21,793 bases of DNA from Bacteriovoracaceae bacterium (lineage in GTDB: Bacteria; Bdellovibrionota; Bacteriovoracia; Bacteriovoracales; Bacteriovoracaceae). The translations under genes were made by a program, and so were the position numbers. The stretch is taken from contig JBFGZE010000059.1 of NCBI GenBank assembly GCA_041586955.1, positions 1 to 21,793 on the forward strand, in the 5' to 3' direction. Under the pieces are notes generated by a model. The model was not told the origin of the DNA, did no database searches, and saw nothing but the letters and a program-made list of their open reading frames with translations. Of the stretch, positions 16,414 through 21,793 are shown one piece after another. Each line of letters opens with the position of its first letter. Position 1 is the stretch's first letter.

Positions 16414-17862
16414 ATGAAGATTATAAGTATTTTATTTTTTGTATTATCTTTTTCTAGTTTTGCTTCTGAAAAAAGCATAGAGAGTTTAAGACAATTCGGT
16501 AAGGCGTTTTCTCAAATTGCGAAAGAGTCGTCGCCTGGTGTCGTTTTTATAAAAGTCGAAAAACGCCACAAAATAGAGGGTAATATACAAATGTTTAAAC
16601 CCTTTGGTGATGAGAGGTTTCCTTTTGGAAATGAGTTTTTTGAACGTTTTTTTAAAGGTCTACCTCATGGCAAAGATGCGCCTCGTGCAGTACCTAGAGA
16701 CTATATTATGATAGGGCAGGGAAGTGGTTTTATTATTTCTGCAAATGGCCATATACTGACGAATCATCATGTCATAGGCGGAGCAGATAAAGTCATGGTG
16801 AATCTCCTGGATGGCCGTCTATTTGAGGCAAAGGTTATAGGTACCGATGAGCACTCTGATATTGCCCTCTTAAAAATAAACGCGAAAAATTTACCCATAT
16901 TAAAATTAGGAGATTCTAATCAATTGGAAGTCGGTGAATGGGTCGTGGCGCTTGGAAACCCTTTTGGCCTCACCCATTCTTTAACTGCTGGTATTGTCTC
17001 TGCCATTGGTAGGAGTTCCGTGGGCGTTGCCAATTACGAAAATTTTATTCAGACTGATGCCTCTATTAATCCTGGAAACTCAGGGGGGCCATTAATTAAT
17101 CTCAATGGCGAAGTTGTAGGGATGAACACAGCGATTATCAATCGCTCAGGTGGTTATATGGGAATAGGGTTTGCCATTCCTATCAATATGGTCAAACTGA
17201 TCAAGGATCAATTGATTGAAAAAGGAAGTGTCGATCGAGGTTATTTGGGTGTCAATATACAAAATATAGACGGTGAATTAGCTCTGCAATTTGACTTGCA
17301 AAATAGAACGGGGGTGCTTATTTCGGATATTGGTGCTGACACTCCGGCACAAAAAGATGGTCTTAAGGTAGGGGATGTTATCCTCGAGTTTGACGGCAAA
17401 CAGGTAAAGGAGGTGGGTGCCTTTCGCAATATGGTGGCATTAACTCCTCCTGGTAAAAAAGCGACCATAAAAATTTTAAGAAATGGCAAAGTTAAAACGC
17501 AGATTATCACCTTGGGAAAAATACCAAAAACGAATGATCAAATTGGTAAAAAAAGCTTTGGTACCAATGAATTTGGTTTTAAAGTTGGTGATTTAACTCA
17601 TCAATTACGACAGCAATATAATATTCCAGATGGTGAGAAAGGAGTTGTGATTACCCACGTTGATGAAATGTCTCTCGCTGGGATGGCCGGATTAAAAGAG
17701 GGGGATCTTATCAAAGAAGTTAACCGATATAGGGTAGGGTCGGTAAAAGACTTTAAAGTTGGAATGAAAAAGGGAAAGAGTAGTGACACGATACTTTTGC
17801 TGGTAAAAGGAGGGCAGGTGACCCAATATATAACTCTCTCTAAAGAGCCCTTAGATGATTAA
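16414..17862 (+). CDS. degQ: Periplasmic serine endoprotease, Do/DegQ (HtrA) family, two PDZ domains
   Basis: GSGFII, LTNHHV (His), SDIALL (Asp), QTDASINPGNSGGPL (Ser), two PDZ domains and a signal peptide. SD GGGAG before ATG 16414 (the track's 16279 start is over-extended). degP versus degQ not resolvable. Confidence 0.93.
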   Translation: MKIISILFFVLSFSSFASEKSIESLRQFGKAFSQIAKESSPGVVFIKVEKRHKIEGNIQMFKPFGDERFPFGNEFFERFFKGLPHGKDAPRAVPRDYIMIGQGSGFIISANGHILTNHHVIGGADKVMVNLLDGRLFEAKVIGTDEHSDIALLKINAKNLPILKLGDSNQLEVGEWVVALGNPFGLTHSLTAGIVSAIGRSSVGVANYENFIQTDASINPGNSGGPLINLNGEVVGMNTAIINRSGGYMGIGFAIPINMVKLIKDQLIEKGSVDRGYLGVNIQNIDGELALQFDLQNRTGVLISDIGADTPAQKDGLKVGDVILEFDGKQVKEVGAFRNMVALTPPGKKATIKILRNGKVKTQIITLGKIPKTNDQIGKKSFGTNEFGFKVGDLTHQLRQQYNIPDGEKGVVITHVDEMSLAGMAGLKEGDLIKEVNRYRVGSVKDFKVGMKKGKSSDTILLLVKGGQVTQYITLSKEPLDD

Positions 17863-17973
17863 AATTTACTTGAAAGCATTACTATTTATTAAATTACGAG
17901 TTGATTTGGAGGGGATGTGGACCCAATATATTTGGACGAGTTAGAATCGTTTAATCGATACTAGAGGTGTTTC

Positions 17974-18925
17974 TGTCAAGGGGACCTAGTTAAATTTCTG
18001 TGATTTTAATTTTTTCATCCTCTCAAAAAAAACTTCAAAAGGGGAGTCTCCTTTGTGGACAGCATGAGGCTTTATGTTGTTTTAGTGGTCTTGTCAAAGT
18101 TTCAGTTTTTTTAAAGATCAACATCGCCCTTATGTTAGAAACATTGATACAACTTTTATTTGTCGACTCTGTGAGATTTTACAGCCTTTCCATTTAAGTA
18201 GGGGGTTCCAGGTTTAATATGAACGTGCCCAATTCCTAAATCATAAAAGTGAGAACTGAACCTTAATTGGAATTTATGGCCATTATCTGTACAAATTTGC
18301 TTAATTCTAAATGGGAACTCTTTAATTATATGAGTAATGAAATCTATAGTATTTACCATTGTATGTTTTTTATAAAATTTAAAAACTCGGACTCTTGTGG
18401 AGTCAATGGCCGATTATTGAAAGTGACGAACTTTTTTCGATATTGATAGCAGGTTGAAAGCTTAACAACTATTTGGACTTGGTGCCCGGGTTTATAGACA
18501 GGCATTTTATTTTAATGTTGTGATAATGAGAAAATACCAACAAATCTACTCTTGGGCAAAGTGATATTTTTTTCTTAAGTAGAGAATTTTCTCTTCAATT
18601 TCAATAGTTATTTGGCCCGGGAGGATTTCGGGGCAGGATCCTTGGATACAAGAGCTTGTTTTCCTTCTTTTTCAAAAAGATACTTTCATTTATAGAAAAC
18701 CTGCCTTGAAATTCCATAATATCAATAAGTAAATGAAATGACATATTACCTGACTTTTTTGCATGGGCAAGTACCTCAATCTTTTTTTGTACAACTGTTT
18801 CTGGATTAAGCATAAAAAACCTCCATTTATATCTTACCATTTTAGTAAGAATGTAAACGGAGGTATTAACTTCTATACGTAAAAGCAATTGATCGCCTGA
18901 GATGATTGCTGTAATAGATGTTACA
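17974..18925 (-). mobile_element. Degenerate IS481-family insertion sequence (boundaries tentative)
   Basis: Contains a fragmented IS481 transposase. Putative ends TGT (17974) ... ACA (18925), both flanked by TTTC (possible 4-bp target duplication). Inverted repeats are otherwise poorly matched. Confidence 0.6.
18023..18813 (-). pseudogene. IS481-family transposase pseudogene
   Basis: SD GGAGG + ATG 18813. Fragments in shifting frames: EVLAHAKKSGNMS, YYGISRQVFYK*, PGHQVQIVVK, RHFQ*SAID-STRVRVFKFYKKHT, FPFRIKQICTDNGHKF, HIKPGTPYLNGKAVKSHRVDK, NIKPHAVHKGDSPFEV. Multiple stops and frameshifts. Confidence 0.88.
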
Positions 18926-19004
18926 TTTCGGCTCAGCTGGATCAAATGCTAGAAAAAACTATAATAGGCCAAGATTTTTTTATATAAAAAGCATCGCCTA
19001 TAAT

Positions 19005-20216
19005 CTAGTATTTGTAGAGTTTCATTTTTGATAAGCTGACGCCTTTTTTATTTGCGCGGCTCCTTTTTATGAGTTGCGACTTAAATTTTTTTAATTTTCT
19101 CTTTACTTTTGTGGTAGTCAGAAGGACTGTGTTATTTAGCGGATTTCCTGCTCTCATAAAATCTTGAGAATCAAGAGCCCAATTGGAATACGCAATTCCC
19201 AAGTTCTTATCGATAAGACGACTTAACTTTTTTCCCAGGACTTTAACTTGGTTTGATAATACACCCTCTTTAATCCAGAGAAGGACAATTTCTATGTCAA
19301 AAATTATTTGTTTGATACATAAAAGTCTGGTAATTTGTTCCTGTGATGAAAATGTTTTTTCGGACTTTTCTACTTGCAAGGCCTTAATAATGGCCGCATC
19401 TAAATCATTAATATTATCGATGAATCTTTCAGCATGATCAAGACGATTTACTTTTCGTTTAAATTGATCCAAATAAGCCTTAATATCTTCAAGAAACGCA
19501 GATGTCTTTTGATAAGTCAAAATGTGGCCAAGTTTTGATATTGGTATAAATTGATCCGTTTCCAAAGACCCAACTTCATCAGGATTTCCAAGAACAATCA
19601 CCGCTGTTAATTGTGAAATTTGTGTTGGAGTCATCCCAACCTTTTCAAGTATTTGCCATCTCCTTAAAGTTTCCTTGATGAATAATCCCGCTCGTGAGTA
19701 ATCTCCCAGCTTTTTAAAAAGAGGGTAGGAAAGGTAAACTCCCTCTCTATAGGTATAGGTTGCTAAACGATGGACTCTAGCCTTTGGAAAATTTTTTAAT
19801 AAAACTTCTGGGTCGATACCTAGGGGTTCAAATTTGTTTACGGTCAGGTAAGCATCAACAGGAATAACTTTTAAATTCGCGAGAGAATCTGTGATTAATT
19901 TAATAAGCTGAGGTGAGTTTCTTTTCCATTTATCTAATAGCGTTAAGGCGAATTGGTAAGTTTCTGTATTCTGAGTATCCGCAAGGGGGAATCTCAGTCC
20001 CGGAGAGAATGATTTGTCTTTAATCGGAAGATTAGAGTTTGTTTTGAAGGTATCTTGAAAGTTAAGATCATAATCCAAAAGTTCTAAAAGAATCGGCGGG
20101 GCGCCCTTTTTCTTAGCAAGGCCAGTGCCACCTCCTGACTCATGACCGCCAAATGTTTCAAAGGCCAAGATTGATTGATTTAAAATGAATAGCACCATAA
20201 TAATATAATTATGCAT
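19005..20216 (-). CDS. Secreted hypothetical protein with N-terminal GGxxxGGG motif (403 aa)
   Basis: Signal-like MHNYIIMVLFILNQSILA, then FETFGGHESGGG. SD AAGGA overlaps the stop of the upstream gene (10-bp gap). Basic C-terminal tail. Confidence 0.75.
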   Translation of the reverse strand: MHNYIIMVLFILNQSILAFETFGGHESGGGTGLAKKKGAPPILLELLDYDLNFQDTFKTNSNLPIKDKSFSPGLRFPLADTQNTETYQFALTLLDKWKRNSPQLIKLITDSLANLKVIPVDAYLTVNKFEPLGIDPEVLLKNFPKARVHRLATYTYREGVYLSYPLFKKLGDYSRAGLFIKETLRRWQILEKVGMTPTQISQLTAVIVLGNPDEVGSLETDQFIPISKLGHILTYQKTSAFLEDIKAYLDQFKRKVNRLDHAERFIDNINDLDAAIIKALQVEKSEKTFSSQEQITRLLCIKQIIFDIEIVLLWIKEGVLSNQVKVLGKKLSRLIDKNLGIAYSNWALDSQDFMRAGNPLNNTVLLTTTKVKRKLKKFKSQLIKRSRANKKGVSLSKMKLYKY

Positions 20217-20226
20217 TTATTAATCC

Positions 20227-20991
20227 TTATTTAGTTAGAGGGAATAAACCAATATGAAGTTGGTAAACATCCGTTTTTTTATTGTTTTTATTAAAAAGCT
20301 TGGCCATATCGGCCCTGAACTGATTCGTTATTTCTCTGGCCTTGTTTAGATCAGATTTATTGATAGCGAAGGTGACTGAAGTATGTTCCCTATTTTCTAT
20401 TGATACTTGATCAATAGATTCAATAGAAAGAGCAGAGATGTTTTTTTGCATCCTTTTCCTTGATTCATCGGTTAACCCCGGTATCAACGAGGTTGTAAAA
20501 TAAGAATCATCTTTAAGAATAATCCTCCCGCAAGCAAGCTTTTCGAGAAACCCAACTCTAAGAAGTCTTTCTAGCGCATCCTTCACTTCGAAGTTTGAAA
20601 GCGATAGTTTTTTTGCCATCCATTTTATGTCTTCTTGGAAGTCATGTAATTCAAACAGCTCTAAAACAGCAAAGTAAAAGGGCCTAGAAAGGATTTCAAA
20701 GGAATCGATATCAAGTTGTTTGTATTCGACAACCCCTTGGTAATTGGCCAAAAGTTCCCGATTCGTTTTGATTTGATCCAGATTGGTTAAGTTTAACTTT
20801 AGCGCCAGACCTAGTCGATATTTCATCTTATTGGTAACAGGCCGCTTCCCATTTAAAATGGCAGATAAAGGGGATGCCTGGATACCTAAGCTCTTTGCAT
20901 AACCACGTAGAGAATAACTAGGGTTCATCTTTTTTCTTTTGATGAACTCGCTTTTTAGAATATCTTCAAATGTTTCTTTATTTTCTTTCAT
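20227..20991 (-). CDS. TIGR02147/DUF4423-family protein with N-terminal XRE-like HTH (putative regulator)
   Basis: KRKKMNPSYSLRGYAKSLGIQASPLSAILNGKRPVT, FYFAVLELFEL, WMAKKL, ALERLLRVGFL, REHTSVTFAI and C-terminal VYQLHIGLFPLTK, all typical of this Bdellovibrionota/Fibrobacter-expanded family. Confidence 0.87.
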   Translation of the reverse strand: MKENKETFEDILKSEFIKRKKMNPSYSLRGYAKSLGIQASPLSAILNGKRPVTNKMKYRLGLALKLNLTNLDQIKTNRELLANYQGVVEYKQLDIDSFEILSRPFYFAVLELFELHDFQEDIKWMAKKLSLSNFEVKDALERLLRVGFLEKLACGRIILKDDSYFTTSLIPGLTDESRKRMQKNISALSIESIDQVSIENREHTSVTFAINKSDLNKAREITNQFRADMAKLFNKNNKKTDVYQLHIGLFPLTK

Positions 20992-21136
20992 TATTTTGCT
21001 TTTTGGGGTTTCTTTGTCATAAATCAGCTCTCAAGTTCTCTGAAACTTATTGTTATACAAGAATCTTCATATTGGCCTCCTTGTTGAAGAATAATTTCTG
21101 AAGTGACAATAAGGACAATGGGATTTTAATACAATA

Positions 21137-21161
21137 GTTTTGTCACAAAGTGTGACAAAAC
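21137..21161. promoter_or_regulatory. Perfect 11-3-11 palindrome, candidate operator
   Basis: GTTTTGTCACA-AAG-TGTGACAAAAC, about 145 bp upstream of the TIGR02147 gene, with extra half-sites nearby. Confidence 0.7.
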
Positions 21162-21199
21162 CTTTTGTTACAGATAGATTTTACAGAACGTTTGAAATG

Positions 21200-21793
21200 G
21201 GATCAGTCAAAGAAGAACTCTATCTTGCTAGTAAATGTCAAGGCGATATTGAAAAACCCCATCTTCACCAGTAAAATTTAAAGAATTCTCAAAAGACGCT
21301 GTTAACAACTCTTACGATAATAAGATCTGCTACTTCTGACGAATAGAATGGTTTCTTTTTTTTACAATTGCTTACCTCATGTGTCTTATTACTTCAGAGA
21401 AATTTTTAAAGACTTGCTGTAATATAGTTACTGCCATGATTTAAGATCTCTTTAGGAGGAAAGGCTGTAAAATCTTGAGATTCCCAAAACCAGCGAAAGT
21501 CATCTGGCCAAACATTACTAATACCAACTGTTGATAAATATTGTACAGGTCGCCTACTTGAAATTGTGTCGAAACTACCACCATGGGGGGATCACGGCAT
21601 AAAATCCACGTTTTGCTTTCTTGAGAGAGATAAAAGTTGCAAAAAGACTAACATTTTTTTCAACGAGTACATGAATAGGGACTCCACTCCTTTTTTCAAT
21701 ATTTGAAAAGATTTGTTCCATATATCCCTTTGGCCAAAGAGGAAAAAGAGATGAAAAGTTTGTAGTTCCACCAGGAGGTTTATTTTTATAATG
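21200..21793 (-). pseudogene. Disrupted gene of unknown function entering from the right edge
   Basis: Protein-like reading HYKNKPPGGTTNFSSLFPLWPKGYMEQIF...GFYAVIP, a frameshift at the G6 tract (21585-21590), then HGGSFDTISSRRPVQYLSTVGISNVWPDDFRWFWESQDF..., followed by in-frame stops near 21406 and 21394. The 3' end is approximate. Confidence 0.45.

Noticed and set aside
18000..18945. ORFs 18000-18197(+), 18156-18359(-) and 18601-18945(-) as independent genes
   Set aside because: They are fragments of, or antisense to, the IS481 transposase pseudogene.
19005..20991. Toxin-antitoxin or anti-phage defence interpretation of the two-gene cassette
   Set aside because: The partner has a signal peptide and no nuclease, NTPase or toxin motif was recognised; the HTH gene fits TIGR02147 rather than a known antitoxin.

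Overview
Bacterial chromosomal segment, most likely Bdellovibrionota (Bacteriovoracia-like). This is inferred from a TIGR02147/DUF4423-type HTH protein, large Cys-rich secreted hypotheticals and a 7TM orphan kinase. Left arm (minus strand): a znuA/znuC-like metal ABC uptake pair, a 1693-aa Cys-rich lipoprotein, a 712-aa secreted coiled-coil protein, an outer-membrane beta-barrel, a sensor histidine kinase and dusB. Centre (plus strand): ffh-rpsP-khpA closed by a terminator (no rimM/trmD/rplS), a double-SIS MurQ/GKRP-like gene and a Do/DegQ protease. The right arm is AT-richer and accessory-looking. It holds a decayed IS481, a TIGR02147 regulator plus secreted-protein cassette with a perfect palindromic operator candidate, and a pseudogene at the window edge. 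Most notable signals: (1) the giant disulfide-rich lipoprotein has a LecA/PA-IL-like lectin signature and a FliA-like promoter, making it a candidate prey-contact adhesin; (2) six genes share leaderless-promoter geometry; (3) GGCC is strongly over-represented; (4) the single-chain MurQ pseudo-dimer. No tRNA, rRNA or CRISPR array was seen. All family calls come from motif recognition by eye, not database searches.
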